Source: Smithellaceae bacterium
Lineage (GTDB): Bacteria; Desulfobacterota; Syntrophia; Syntrophales; Smithellaceae
Length of the DNA stretch: 64,000 nt
Direction of reading: 5' to 3'
Assembly: GCA_963682015.1 (NCBI GenBank)
Contig: OY820932.1
Location: forward strand, 23,436-87,435
Shown here: piece after piece, positions 9,064-19,446 of the stretch
How positions within the stretch are numbered: position 1 is the stretch's first letter
Layout: every line of letters begins with the position of its first letter
Made by a program: the position numbers and the translations under genes
The notes under the pieces: generated by a model
Databases searched by the model: none
What the model saw: only the letters and a program-made list of their open reading frames with translations
Told to the model about the DNA's origin: nothing

Positions 9064-10830
9064 ATGCAAAAGACCTTTACGAGGTTTTTAATTTTCTGTT
9101 TTTTTTCAACCTTGTTTTTTTCTTCAACGGCTCTGGCCATTCAGGAAGACACTGCACAGATTACGTTCAGCAAAAATGCTGCTTCCAAAAAAAATGTTCA
9201 TCTTTACACCGTTCAGCAGGGAGAAATGCTTTCCGCGATTATCCGAAAATTGCCCGGCATCACGGAAAAAGATATTCCCCGATATTACCAGATGATCAAA
9301 GAGCTTAATCCAGGAATCAGTAATCTGGACAGACTATATGCAGGACAAAAGATTTTGCTCCCCGGAAAAGGCCAGAATGAATCTGAAATCGAACAATCCG
9401 GTTCACCGTCCGGAGCCAATGCTCAGGACAGCTCCGATACACGCGCTTATCGGATTAAAAGAGGTGACAGCCTTATCCACATTGTACACCACGAACTTCA
9501 AATAAAGTCCCGTACTCAAAAAACTCTGCTTTTAATCAAGTCCCTGAATCCCGGCATCAAGAATGTAGATAAGATTTATGCTGGTCAGACAATTCGTCTT
9601 CCGGAAAGGCAGGGCATCATAAAAGCAGTTCAGAGAGTTCACGAAACTCCTGCCGCCAAATTTACCTCCGTCCAGACAGCAACTCCATCTGAAGAAAAAG
9701 ATTCCATTGCTTTGCCTTCGCAGGAAGAGTCCGCCGTCCAGGAGGTAAAAACCGACGAGGCTAAAGAATCCATTGTTTTACCTCCTGCTGCACGTCTGGC
9801 GGTTATGAAACAGATCATCACCGAACTGAACGGCAACATGATCACGAGCGGAAACTATTATCTGCCGGTTTCCCGAACGGAGCAACTTACCATTGACTGT
9901 TCCATCATCCCTGTTGTGGAACTGGACGATCGAACAACAATCTTTCTGGATCTGGATAACCGATCAAGCAATAATTTAAAAAAAATGATCGCCGATCACT
10001 GGAGCAATTATCAGTTAATAAAAATTGACAAAAAAGACGACATTATCGTTATGTTGAAAAAAATATTCAGCAACAGCAAAACATACGAAATCATGAAAGC
10101 GCAAAGACCTCTTGCGATAGGATCAACACCTTCTTTGGAGGTAATGGTGGACTGGGTCATCGCCAAGAAAGGCCGCCCAGTGTCTTCCTCTAAAACACAG
10201 GGGCTGCGGATCGTTTATGAAAACAACCCTCTGTTGCCCAAAGCCCTTGTGAATGCCGCACGCACCAATTCCGTGGTCATTACGGAAATATCGCCTGAAA
10301 AAGGTCTTGTTGCCAAACCGGATGAGATCTATTCTCTTCCACCTTTAACCGTTTTACCGAAATCCTCCGCAAGGGAATTTTGCCATGCGCTTACCGCTTA
10401 TTTGAAAATTGAGGGAGAAAAGGATGCTGATGTTCAGGTCTTTAATCTTGAGCGGGATGGATTCAATCTTTCCATAAAAGCGGATATGATCGTAACTCGT
10501 GGAGAAAGGAAAACGGTCATCTTTTGCCGCAACCTTCCCCCTCAATTCGTCACGATTCTCCAAAAAGCCGGGAATGAACTAATTTTTCTTTCCGATCAGG
10601 ATGATCCTGTTAAAAACATGGAAAAAATTCTGCGTGGATTTCAATTCGTCTTTACCTCCGGTTATTTCACATTCTCAGGACCGGATAAGAATCAGCCGCC
10701 CTACACTGTAGGATTCAACGGAACCAAGATCAGAATGGATAAAGATGTTTACGTGGTGAATTTTGACTTCAACCAGGATGTACGGGGACTTCTACAGGAA
10801 ACCTGGTCGGCTAACATCGTACGGTATTAA
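9064..10830 (+). CDS. Secreted LysM-domain protein (two LysM repeats plus a large uncharacterised C-terminal region)
   Basis: Signal peptide (FLIFCFFSTLFFSSTALA). Two LysM-like units (YTVQQGEMLSAII...AGQKILLP and YRIKRGDSLIHIV...AGQTIRLP). I prefer the ATG at 9064 over the TTG at 9025. Confidence 0.8.
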   Translation: MQKTFTRFLIFCFFSTLFFSSTALAIQEDTAQITFSKNAASKKNVHLYTVQQGEMLSAIIRKLPGITEKDIPRYYQMIKELNPGISNLDRLYAGQKILLPGKGQNESEIEQSGSPSGANAQDSSDTRAYRIKRGDSLIHIVHHELQIKSRTQKTLLLIKSLNPGIKNVDKIYAGQTIRLPERQGIIKAVQRVHETPAAKFTSVQTATPSEEKDSIALPSQEESAVQEVKTDEAKESIVLPPAARLAVMKQIITELNGNMITSGNYYLPVSRTEQLTIDCSIIPVVELDDRTTIFLDLDNRSSNNLKKMIADHWSNYQLIKIDKKDDIIVMLKKIFSNSKTYEIMKAQRPLAIGSTPSLEVMVDWVIAKKGRPVSSSKTQGLRIVYENNPLLPKALVNAARTNSVVITEISPEKGLVAKPDEIYSLPPLTVLPKSSAREFCHALTAYLKIEGEKDADVQVFNLERDGFNLSIKADMIVTRGERKTVIFCRNLPPQFVTILQKAGNELIFLSDQDDPVKNMEKILRGFQFVFTSGYFTFSGPDKNQPPYTVGFNGTKIRMDKDVYVVNFDFNQDVRGLLQETWSANIVRY

Positions 10831-10856
10831 ACATTGAGTAATTTCAAAATCATCAG

Positions 10857-10895
10857 GCGCCGCGGTGCTCTCATTCCACGGCGCTTTTAATTTTT
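10857..10895 (+). terminator. Rho-independent terminator after the LysM gene
   Basis: Stem GCGCCGCGG/CCACGGCGC (9 bp, 1 mismatch), 10-nt loop, then TTTTAATTTTT. Confidence 0.7.
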
Positions 10896-10912
10896 CGACA
10901 GGTTTATCAAGC

Positions 10913-11884
10913 ATGCTCAAAGCAATTTCTCTCTTATCCGGCGGATTGGACAGCATTTTAGCCGTCAAACTGGTGCAAAAACAAAACATCGACGTGACCG
11001 GCTTGACCTTCACAACGCCCTTTTTCAGCGCCGACAAAGCACGGGCCGCCGCGCACCAAATTGATCTCCCACTGATCACAGAAGACATTACCGTTGAACA
11101 TTTGCAAATGCTCAAAGCACCCCGTTATGGTTTTGGCAAGAATATGAATCCCTGCATTGATTGTCATGCTCTGATGCTCAAAATCGCAGGACGGAAAATG
11201 GAAGAAACTGGTGCCGACTTTCTCATCACCGGCGAAGTTCTGGGACAGCGTCCGATGTCGCAAACCAAACAGTCACTTTACATTGTCGCGAAGAATTCAG
11301 GTTACGCCGACTATATTCTCAGGCCGCTTTCGGCGCAGTTACTTGAACCGATCAAGGCAGAGCGGGAAGGAAAAGTCGATCGTTCAAAACTTCTAAGTAT
11401 TTCCGGACGCGGGCGCAAAGACCAGATGCGTCTTGCCACGGAATTCAGTATTACAGAGTACCCGCCGCCTGCCGGTGGTTGTCTGCTGACCGATCCGATG
11501 TTCGCCCGTCGCCTCCGCGACCTCATGGAACATGGTGGAGACCGGCAAATCCGCGATTACGAACTTCTGAAGTACGGTCGACATTTTCGTAGCGATAGCG
11601 GCGAGAAAATTATTGTCGGAAGACACAACGCCGACAACAATTCCATTATGAACCTGACCATTGCAGAGGATCTGGTTTTTCACATGGCAAGCCATCCGGG
11701 CCCCTGTGTGCTTGTGCCTTATGGCAGCGGATCGTCGAAAGCGTTCGCCGCCGCGTTATGTGTCCGTTATTCCGATGCTCCGGATGATCGTGAAGCTGAC
11801 GTAATCTGCGACTTCCAGGGACGTACTTCCACTCTAAAAAGCAAAGCGGCTTCAAAAGAGGACTGCACTAAGTCGATTCTTTAG
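10913..11884 (+). CDS. PP-loop ATP pyrophosphatase family protein (ThiI/MnmA-like tRNA sulfurtransferase-type)
   Basis: SGGLDS PP-loop at the N-terminus (MLKAISLLSGGLDSILA), CIDCH, and GEVLGQRPMSQ. The start is moved to 10913 because the ORF-track start at 10865 lies inside the upstream terminator. Confidence 0.7.
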   Translation: MLKAISLLSGGLDSILAVKLVQKQNIDVTGLTFTTPFFSADKARAAAHQIDLPLITEDITVEHLQMLKAPRYGFGKNMNPCIDCHALMLKIAGRKMEETGADFLITGEVLGQRPMSQTKQSLYIVAKNSGYADYILRPLSAQLLEPIKAEREGKVDRSKLLSISGRGRKDQMRLATEFSITEYPPPAGGCLLTDPMFARRLRDLMEHGGDRQIRDYELLKYGRHFRSDSGEKIIVGRHNADNNSIMNLTIAEDLVFHMASHPGPCVLVPYGSGSSKAFAAALCVRYSDAPDDREADVICDFQGRTSTLKSKAASKEDCTKSIL

Positions 11885-13418
11885 AGCGTTTTTCCCTTCC
11901 TGCCGTATGTTGCGGACGCAGAAGATCGTACACGGTTTTCACCGGATTGAAAACGGCAAGGGGCAATTCTACAAATACCGTGTTCCAGTAAGCCATGCTC
12001 CCGTTCCAGAGTCCCGGCAATTCCTGCGCCAGAAGATTCCTTCCTTTCTCCGTTTTGGCACTGATCAGATAAGCCTCCCTGTCCACAAATTTATTCAAAT
12101 CAAATTTTTCCCCCCGATAATTTTTGATGCAGCATACCATATCCACTGGATTGAAATATTTCGCGCCGTGCCAGATATTCTTTTGTCCTGAATCTTTCAT
12201 GTTCACATGTCCCGATTCCACGATCTGCAACGACTGCGTACCATCTTTCTGATCAACCCAGAAAGGACCACCGCCCGGTTCACCTTCATTGCGCACCATT
12301 CCGCAGACTCGCAAAGGACGATTCAGAAAAGAGATGATTTTTTTCTTTTTTTGCGAAGGCGTCATTCGATCATAATCCGGCGGAAAAACAACATTAAGCG
12401 TTTTATGACAGAATGCTGAACAGGAATCGATTTCCTCTGCCGCCACCCTGCTTTTGTTCATCTCTCTCAGCATGGCAAAAATATTCTGCTGAATACTTAA
12501 CGCCAGCCCTCCCAGCATCTTTTTATAAGGAAGAATCTTATTCAGGTAGTTATCCGGAACGATATTGTCGATATTTTTAACAAAGATAAAATCGGCATCC
12601 AGTGATTCAAGATTTTGCAGGAGTGCTCCGTGACCTCCGGGACGAAACACCAGGCAACCGGCACTGTCCCGGAAAGGAGTCAGATCTTCATTGACGGCAA
12701 TGATGTTTGTTGAGGGCGATTGCACGGAATGATCAATTTTAATCCGAACCTGAAACTGATCATCATACTTGCTCTTTACTTCTCGAATCTTCGCCTTTAC
12801 TTTTTCAATATGCTCCTCCGAAAGTGTCACATGCAGACGGCATCGTCTGTCGGCATCACAAATATAGCTTGCCGCTTCGACCAGGTGCTCCTCCAGAGCG
12901 GTTCTTATATTTCCTTCGTAATAGGCATGAAAATGAATCAGGGCCTTGGGAAGCCAGCCGTAATGCAGACCTTCGTCCGTCAATATGTATTCCAGAAGGC
13001 TGGAAATATTTTTTTGTTGCAGATAACGACCGGCCGTTCGGTCCTGCTTTATCATTGAAAAAAAGGGCATTCTTTTCAGGTCCATGAGAAATAACCGGTC
13101 GGACTGTCTGTCGCCGAAACTTCCCTTCTCGGCAGCCGAGAACCAACTGGCAAACATTCGGCTGGCCGCTCCCGATGCTGGAATGAACTTCAGAAGCTTG
13201 TACCCGGCGGCTTCGGCTTCATACTTAGCAATTAATTTTCTTCTCTGCGCAGATTTTATGGGTAAAATACCATCCCCGGGCATACATGGCCGGTCGAGTT
13301 TTAAATAACTGGGGCCTTTGGCGTAAACCATCAGTTGTTTTTCCACATCCCGGGTCGTCAATCCCAGTGCCTTAATCAGCCTTACATCCTTTTTCGTAAA
13401 AATTGTTTCTTTCTTCAT
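11868..13418 (-). CDS. DUF4301-like protein (UDP-sugar pyrophosphorylase-like fold suspected), function unknown
   Basis: 516 aa. N-terminal ...KGPSYLKLDRPCMPGDGILP... and FIPASGAASRMF match my memory of DUF4301. The family name is less certain than the CDS itself. The 3' end overlaps the convergent PP-loop gene by 17 nt. Confidence 0.6.
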   Translation of the reverse strand: MKKETIFTKKDVRLIKALGLTTRDVEKQLMVYAKGPSYLKLDRPCMPGDGILPIKSAQRRKLIAKYEAEAAGYKLLKFIPASGAASRMFASWFSAAEKGSFGDRQSDRLFLMDLKRMPFFSMIKQDRTAGRYLQQKNISSLLEYILTDEGLHYGWLPKALIHFHAYYEGNIRTALEEHLVEAASYICDADRRCRLHVTLSEEHIEKVKAKIREVKSKYDDQFQVRIKIDHSVQSPSTNIIAVNEDLTPFRDSAGCLVFRPGGHGALLQNLESLDADFIFVKNIDNIVPDNYLNKILPYKKMLGGLALSIQQNIFAMLREMNKSRVAAEEIDSCSAFCHKTLNVVFPPDYDRMTPSQKKKKIISFLNRPLRVCGMVRNEGEPGGGPFWVDQKDGTQSLQIVESGHVNMKDSGQKNIWHGAKYFNPVDMVCCIKNYRGEKFDLNKFVDREAYLISAKTEKGRNLLAQELPGLWNGSMAYWNTVFVELPLAVFNPVKTVYDLLRPQHTAGREKRSKEST

Positions 13419-13641
13419 TTTTCCATTATGCCCATTATTCCATATAAACTGAAATATTTTGAAATGTTATCTACACCAATCCCTCTTTAAAATCAAAAAG
13501 AAATCAAACATGCCTTTACCTCATTCTCCTTTGTCCTTGAATCCTGTGTTACGTTCTTTGAATCTTCGTTTTCACTTCCATCTTGACGCAACTTTTCTTT
13601 TCAAGTAGTAGTTTTGCACCATTCTTTCAGGGAGTGACAAC

Positions 13642-14769
13642 ATGAAAAACAATATTCTTTTCCAATGGATTCCGGTTTTTATTTTCATCATCACTTTAAG
13701 TTTCATATCCCCGATTGGGGCTGCCGAGACGATCAAGATCGGAATCGCCGGCTCTCATACGGGCGACCTGGCTTCTTACGGCATTCCCACGGTGAAAGCC
13801 GCGGAACTGGTTGTCAAGGATGTTAACGCCAGGGGTGGTGTCCTCGGAAGAAAAGTCGAGCTCGTCGTAGAAGACGAAGCCTGCAAACCTGAACTGGCCA
13901 CCAATGTCGCCACAAAGCTTGTCTCGCAGAAAGTAACCGCCGTCATCGGTCACATCTGCAGCGGTGCCACCAAGGCGGCTCTGCGCACCTATAAAGATGC
14001 CAACATTATTGTCATATCGCCTTCCGCAACCAGTCCGGAGCTGACTCTGTCCGGTCAATACCCGAATTTCTTCAGAACGATAGGATCGGACGCCATGCAA
14101 GCCAGACTCGTGGCCGATTTCGCGCTCAACTCTCTGAGATTTACCAAATTCGCCGTCATTCATGACAAGGGCGATTACGGCAAGGGATTTGCCGAATATG
14201 CAAGAAAATATCTCGAGGAATCAAAAAAGGCTCAGGTAAAACTTTATGAAGGCGTTACCCCCGGCGCGGTAGATTATTCAGCGATTGTCCAGAAAATCAA
14301 ATACGCCAACGTTGATGCTGTTATTTACGGCGGCTATCATCCGGAAGCCGCATCCATCATTGGACAAATGCGCAAAAAAGGAATGAAAACCGTCTTTATT
14401 TCAGACGACGGTGTCAAAGACCAGACCTTCATCAAAGTCGCCGCCGCATCCGCAGAAGGTGTTTATGCCTCCGGGCCGAAAGACACTACCAGAAATCCGC
14501 TGGCAATTGCCGCCATCCGGGAACATAAAAAGACATATGGAACAGAACCGGGCGCTTTTTATTTGAATGCATACAGCGCTGTCCTTGCTGTTTTAAATGC
14601 CATCGATAAGGCGAAATCCACCGAGACGAAGTCCGTAACGAAAGTGATGCGCACCCACCTGGCGGATACCCCTCTGGGAAAAATCAAATTCAACAATCAG
14701 GGCGACGCCATTGGCGTGGACTTTTCGATGTATCAGGTGAAAAACGGGATATACGTGGAATTGAAATAA
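13642..14769 (+). CDS. livJ: Branched-chain amino acid ABC transporter substrate-binding protein
   Basis: Signal peptide, then the type-I periplasmic binding fold signature (IKIGIAGSHTGDLASYG...VNARGGVLGRKVELVVEDEACKP). First gene of a liv-type operon. Confidence 0.9.
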   Translation: MKNNILFQWIPVFIFIITLSFISPIGAAETIKIGIAGSHTGDLASYGIPTVKAAELVVKDVNARGGVLGRKVELVVEDEACKPELATNVATKLVSQKVTAVIGHICSGATKAALRTYKDANIIVISPSATSPELTLSGQYPNFFRTIGSDAMQARLVADFALNSLRFTKFAVIHDKGDYGKGFAEYARKYLEESKKAQVKLYEGVTPGAVDYSAIVQKIKYANVDAVIYGGYHPEAASIIGQMRKKGMKTVFISDDGVKDQTFIKVAAASAEGVYASGPKDTTRNPLAIAAIREHKKTYGTEPGAFYLNAYSAVLAVLNAIDKAKSTETKSVTKVMRTHLADTPLGKIKFNNQGDAIGVDFSMYQVKNGIYVELK

Positions 14770-14814
14770 ATGCAGGGAACGGTCACGACCGTTTTCTGCA
14801 CCAGGCCGGAAACA

Positions 14815-15717
14815 ATGAATTTTTTTTGGGACTTAATACTGGGAGGGATTACTCGCGGCAGCATTTATGCTTTGATCGCCCTGGGCTATACGATGGTTTA
14901 CGGCATTCTGCAGCTCATCAACTTCGCCCACGGAGAAATCTACATGATTGCCGCATTTACAGCTCTCATTTTTTCTTCCATCCTGGCCATGAAGGGACTC
15001 ACCGGCCTGTCGGTATTGATTCTTGCCGGCGTCGTTGCCATTGTGTATGCCTCGGCCTACGGCTTCACAGTTGAAAAAATCGCCTATAAACCATTGCGTC
15101 AGGCGTCTCGCCTTTCTCCGCTAATCAGCGCCATCGGCATGTCCATCTTTCTGCAAAACTATGTAATGCTGGCCCAGACATCCGATTTCCTTCCCTTCCC
15201 CAACCTGTTGCCGAAGCCTGCATTCCTGGACGGCATCAGTTCCTGGATCGGCCCGTCCGACTTTATCATCATTGTCACATCGGCTGTTGTGATGATTGGA
15301 CTTACCCTGCTTTTGAAATTCACCAAAATGGGCCGGGCCATGCGCGCTACGGCTCAGGATCAGGATATGGCGCTTCTGGTCGGCGTAAATGTCAACCGGA
15401 TCATTTCCCGGACATTCATCATCGGGTCAGCTCTTGCCGCCGCAGGCGGCATACTGATTGCCTCGCATGTCGGACGCATCAATTTTTACATCGGTTTCAA
15501 TGCAGGTATTAAAGCCTTTACGGCCGCGGTTCTTGGCGGCATCGGCAGTATTCCCGGCGCCATGCTGGGAGGCCTTGTGCTGGGACTAGCCGAAAGTTTC
15601 GGTACAGGCTACATCTCCAGCGATTATGAATCCGTTTTTGCTTTTGCGCTTCTGATCCTGATTTTGATTTTCAAACCTGACGGCATTCTGGGACGATCCT
15701 CCCAGCAGAAAGTTTAG
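14815..15717 (+). CDS. livH: Branched-chain amino acid ABC transporter permease
   Basis: GSIYALIALGYTMVYGILQLINFAHGE is the LivH signature. The start at 14815 gives the usual ~300 aa; the ORF-track start at 14770 is possible. Confidence 0.9.
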   Translation: MNFFWDLILGGITRGSIYALIALGYTMVYGILQLINFAHGEIYMIAAFTALIFSSILAMKGLTGLSVLILAGVVAIVYASAYGFTVEKIAYKPLRQASRLSPLISAIGMSIFLQNYVMLAQTSDFLPFPNLLPKPAFLDGISSWIGPSDFIIIVTSAVVMIGLTLLLKFTKMGRAMRATAQDQDMALLVGVNVNRIISRTFIIGSALAAAGGILIASHVGRINFYIGFNAGIKAFTAAVLGGIGSIPGAMLGGLVLGLAESFGTGYISSDYESVFAFALLILILIFKPDGILGRSSQQKV

Positions 15718-15726
15718 GAGGATGCC

Positions 15727-16938
15727 ATGAAGTTTGCTGAAGAATTGAAGCGCTCCATCATCATCGCCCTTTGGTTCATTTTACTGACTTTGCCGATCAT
15801 GGTCATCAAGGTCAATACTGTTGAAAACATTGTGGTATGGCGCTGCATGAATATTGCCGGAGTTGGTCTGTGTGTATTTTTGCTCTCATTGCTGTGGCAG
15901 TTATTCCTGCAAAGAAAATCGACAACAGCACAGACCTCGACAGGCAGACCGTCATTCCTTTATCATCTTATTGACGAACCGAAACTCCATCGCCCTGCTC
16001 TGATAATAGTCGGTGTTTTTACACTCGTCTTTCCATTTGTTTTCTCTCATTATCAGATCAACGTCATGACGACCGCACTGATCTATGTCATGCTGGGACT
16101 GGGATTAAATCTGGAAGTGGGACTCGCGGGACTTCTGGATCTCGGCTACGTCGCCTTTTACGCGGTAGGTGCCTACAGTTACGCATTACTGAACTATCAC
16201 TTCGGTCTGGGTTTTTGGATTCTCCTGCCGGTAGGAGCGCTTCTGGCCGCTATCTTCGGCATCCTGATCGGCTTCCCGGTTTTACGTTTGCGGGGCGATT
16301 ATCTGGCCATTGTTACGCTGGCTTTTGCAGAAATCATCCGTCTGGTGCTGGAAAACTGGAATTCTTTTTCCTTTGGCCCCAGCGGCATCTCCAACATTCC
16401 GCGTCCGGGATTTTTCGGAATAATACTCACACCGGAGCAATCTGGCATTTATATGTACTTTCTGCTGGTCGCGCTTTGCGCGCTGACAATCTTTGTCACG
16501 TATCGCCTCCAGCATTCCCGCATCGGTCGAGCCTGGGTGGCGCTTCGCGAAGATGAACTGGCATGCGAAGCAATGGGGATTGATAAAACCAGAGCCAAAC
16601 TTGCTGCCTTTGCTCTGGGTGCAACCTGGGCCGGCATGGCGGGCGTCCTGTTCGCCGCCAAGACCACTTTCATCAATCCGGCAAGTTTCACATTTATGGA
16701 ATCGGCCATGATTCTTTCCATTGTCGTCCTCGGCGGCATGGGATCAATCCCCGGCATCATCATTGCGGCACTGGCTATCATCCTGATTCCCGAATACATG
16801 CGGTTTCTGGGGGACTACCGGATGCTTCTGTTCGGCGCGGCCTTGATTCTCATGATGATTTTCCGTCCCGGCGGACTTCTGGCCGACCGGCGCAAACAAT
16901 ATGAATTTCATCAGACAAATGAGAAACAAAAATTGTGA
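15727..16938 (+). CDS. livM: Branched-chain amino acid ABC transporter permease
   Basis: LivM-type core (GLAGLLDLGYVAFYAVGAY...LRLRGDYLAIVTLAFAEI) with an N-terminal TM extension. Confidence 0.9.
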   Translation: MKFAEELKRSIIIALWFILLTLPIMVIKVNTVENIVVWRCMNIAGVGLCVFLLSLLWQLFLQRKSTTAQTSTGRPSFLYHLIDEPKLHRPALIIVGVFTLVFPFVFSHYQINVMTTALIYVMLGLGLNLEVGLAGLLDLGYVAFYAVGAYSYALLNYHFGLGFWILLPVGALLAAIFGILIGFPVLRLRGDYLAIVTLAFAEIIRLVLENWNSFSFGPSGISNIPRPGFFGIILTPEQSGIYMYFLLVALCALTIFVTYRLQHSRIGRAWVALREDELACEAMGIDKTRAKLAAFALGATWAGMAGVLFAAKTTFINPASFTFMESAMILSIVVLGGMGSIPGIIIAALAIILIPEYMRFLGDYRMLLFGAALILMMIFRPGGLLADRRKQYEFHQTNEKQKL

Positions 16939-17747
16939 ATGAGCGATCCATGGAAAATATCCTTGAAGTGAAAAATCTCACCATGAACTTCGGCGGACTG
17001 CGGGCGCTGGATAATGTCAGCCTCCACATCCGTCCGGGTGAAATTGCCGCGCTCATCGGACCCAATGGCGCCGGCAAAACGACACTGTTTAACTGTCTCA
17101 CCGGCATATACAAGCCAACGGCAGGGGATGTTCTGCTGAAGGGTCCGGACAGCAAAATAAGGCCGCTCAACGGATTGAAAATCAATGCCATTACAAAGCT
17201 GGGCGTAGCCAGAACCTTCCAGAACATCCGACTTTTCGGCGGCATGACCGTTTTGGAAAATGTCATGATCGGACGCCATGGCCGTTCACAGTCTGGCATT
17301 CTCGGCGCCATTTTCCGCCCACCGTCTGCACGTCATGAAGAGAAATCCATCGTCGACAAAAGCTATTCTCTTCTCGAATACATTGGTCTGACGCAACTGG
17401 TAAACGAACTGGCTAAAAATCTTCCATACGGAGCGCAGCGCCGCCTGGAAATTGCGCGCGCCCTGGCTACGGAACCACGGCTGCTTCTACTGGATGAGCC
17501 GGCCGCAGGTATGAATCCGCAGGAAACCAATGAACTGGATTCCCTGATTTCCCAATTGCAGAAGGATTTTTCACTTTCCATCCTGCTCATTGAACATGAC
17601 ATGAAACTGGTCATGAATCTGGCGCAGAATATCTTTGTGCTCGACTACGGAGAGGAAATCGCCAGGGGAACGCCGCAGGAAATCCGCTGCAACCCGCTGG
17701 TTATCAAAGCCTATCTTGGAGAGGACACCGATGCTGAAGCTCGTTGA
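16935..17747 (+). CDS. livG: Branched-chain amino acid ABC transporter ATP-binding protein
   Basis: Walker A GPNGAGKTT, signature LPYGAQRRLEIA, Walker B LLLLDEPAAG. The GTG start overlaps the livM stop (GTGA). Confidence 0.92.
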   Translation: MNERSMENILEVKNLTMNFGGLRALDNVSLHIRPGEIAALIGPNGAGKTTLFNCLTGIYKPTAGDVLLKGPDSKIRPLNGLKINAITKLGVARTFQNIRLFGGMTVLENVMIGRHGRSQSGILGAIFRPPSARHEEKSIVDKSYSLLEYIGLTQLVNELAKNLPYGAQRRLEIARALATEPRLLLLDEPAAGMNPQETNELDSLISQLQKDFSLSILLIEHDMKLVMNLAQNIFVLDYGEEIARGTPQEIRCNPLVIKAYLGEDTDAEAR

Positions 17748-18438
17748 TGTCGAAACCTGCTACGGAAACATCCGCGCGCTTAAAGGAGTATCACTTTCTG
17801 TCGCTCCCGGTGAAATTGTCGCGCTCATCGGCTCTAACGGCGCAGGAAAATCCACAACCCTGATGTCCATCTCCGGCATTACACCGTCTCGCAACGGACA
17901 AATCCTTTTCGACGGCCAGTCCATCGAAAAAACTCAACCGGATAAAATCGTGGCCATGGGCATCTGCCAGGTGCCCGAGGGGCGGCGAATCTTTCCGAAA
18001 CTTAGTGTTCTGGAAAACCTTGAAATGGGCGCTTTTTTACGCAGCGACCATCCGGAAATAAGAAAAGATCTGGCCTATATCTATGAGCTTTTTCCCATTC
18101 TTTATCGCCGACGGCATCAGCAGGGCGGCACTCTTTCCGGAGGCGAACAGCAGATGCTGGCCATCTCTCGCGCGCTGATGGCCCGACCGAAGCTGCTTTT
18201 GCTGGACGAACCCTCCCTGGGTTTGTCCCCTTTGATGACCAAAACGATTTTTTCAATGCTTTTTAGAATTAATACGGAACACCGCACCACCATTTTTCTT
18301 GTAGAGCAAAACGCCTTCATGGCTCTCAGACTGGCCCACCGCGCCTATGTTCTGGAAAATGGTGCCATCACGATGGAAGGCAAAGCCTCCGATCTCCTGC
18401 ATGATGAGAATGTAAAGAAGGCCTATCTGGGAATTTGA
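17731..18438 (+). CDS. livF: Branched-chain amino acid ABC transporter ATP-binding protein
   Basis: Walker A GSNGAGKST, LSGGEQQMLAI, LLLLDEPS. I place the start at MLKLVDVE (17731) rather than the ORF-track start at 17635. Confidence 0.92.
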   Translation: MLKLVDVETCYGNIRALKGVSLSVAPGEIVALIGSNGAGKSTTLMSISGITPSRNGQILFDGQSIEKTQPDKIVAMGICQVPEGRRIFPKLSVLENLEMGAFLRSDHPEIRKDLAYIYELFPILYRRRHQQGGTLSGGEQQMLAISRALMARPKLLLLDEPSLGLSPLMTKTIFSMLFRINTEHRTTIFLVEQNAFMALRLAHRAYVLENGAITMEGKASDLLHDENVKKAYLGI

Positions 18439-18585
18439 GAATGATCCTAACCATGGCGTATTAAAATAAGAGGTATCCCTGCACCAGCAGATACTGTCCG
18501 ACCAGGTAAAACCCCATGGTGAACAGCCATTCGAGTGGAATCTTTCTCTCAAATCTATTACAGGCATTATCGTCACTTTTTGTCT

Positions 18586-19287
18586 TTAGCGTTCGGCTTT
18601 CTCCAGATCTTTTTCCGCATTCCGCATAAAAGAGGCCGTAAGGTAATCCAGCGTTTTGGGCAGCGTCAGCTCCATGCTGAAAAATATTTGCAGACGGATG
18701 TCCAGACAAACCGGTTCGCAGCGTAAAAGATGACCGCCTGCGGTAAAGTCACTGTTGATAAAATGGAAATGGAATCCCGGAACACTGACTGAAGGAACAA
18801 ACGGCGGTGTATAAAATCCGACCAGATGTCCCTCGACATCCCTGAAATGCCTGATTTTCTGGTGTGCCGTCGCTTCCGATAACGGCTGATAGTTGTCTGT
18901 TCTCGGAACGGAACGGGTCTCGATCGCAGTAAATTTTCCTTTCATGTGAATTGCATAAAACATATTGTCCGACGGCAGCGTGAGTTTGAGATGTCTTTCA
19001 AATGATGCATACGACATCGGTGCCGCTATTGCTTCTTCCAGAAAAGGTTTGAAATGGCACATGGTGGCAAATGGCGTTTTCATATCGTCTTCCACGGGCC
19101 GGGCATCTCCATGCAGGTCGAGTTGATAGAAATGGCCTCCCAGTGCAATCATTTCGCCGTCAAGATTGTTGAACGTACCGATGCCGAAATCACCTTTGAC
19201 CTTCAATGTGTCTATGGTAATGTCGTCACGGTAAAGACCTTCCACAATGGCGTTGATGGGGCTGCTGATATACAGACTGGTATGCAT
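18586..19287 (-). CDS. budA: Alpha-acetolactate decarboxylase
   Basis: LYISSPINAIVEGLY...GDFGIGTFNNLDGEMIALGG.FYQ is characteristic of AlsD/BudA. Confidence 0.88.
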   Translation of the reverse strand: MHTSLYISSPINAIVEGLYRDDITIDTLKVKGDFGIGTFNNLDGEMIALGGHFYQLDLHGDARPVEDDMKTPFATMCHFKPFLEEAIAAPMSYASFERHLKLTLPSDNMFYAIHMKGKFTAIETRSVPRTDNYQPLSEATAHQKIRHFRDVEGHLVGFYTPPFVPSVSVPGFHFHFINSDFTAGGHLLRCEPVCLDIRLQIFFSMELTLPKTLDYLTASFMRNAEKDLEKAER

Positions 19288-19446
19288 AGTCCGCTCCGTT
19301 TCTGATTCAATTTCCCTTTTGCTTTTTCTTTACCAATAACACAATGATCGGAAAAACGATATACTGGAGAATAAATTGACAATCATTTTCCTTTTTGCCT
19401 ATAATGATCGCAAACAAAACGGCCATCAAATCCAGGGGGATGATTT

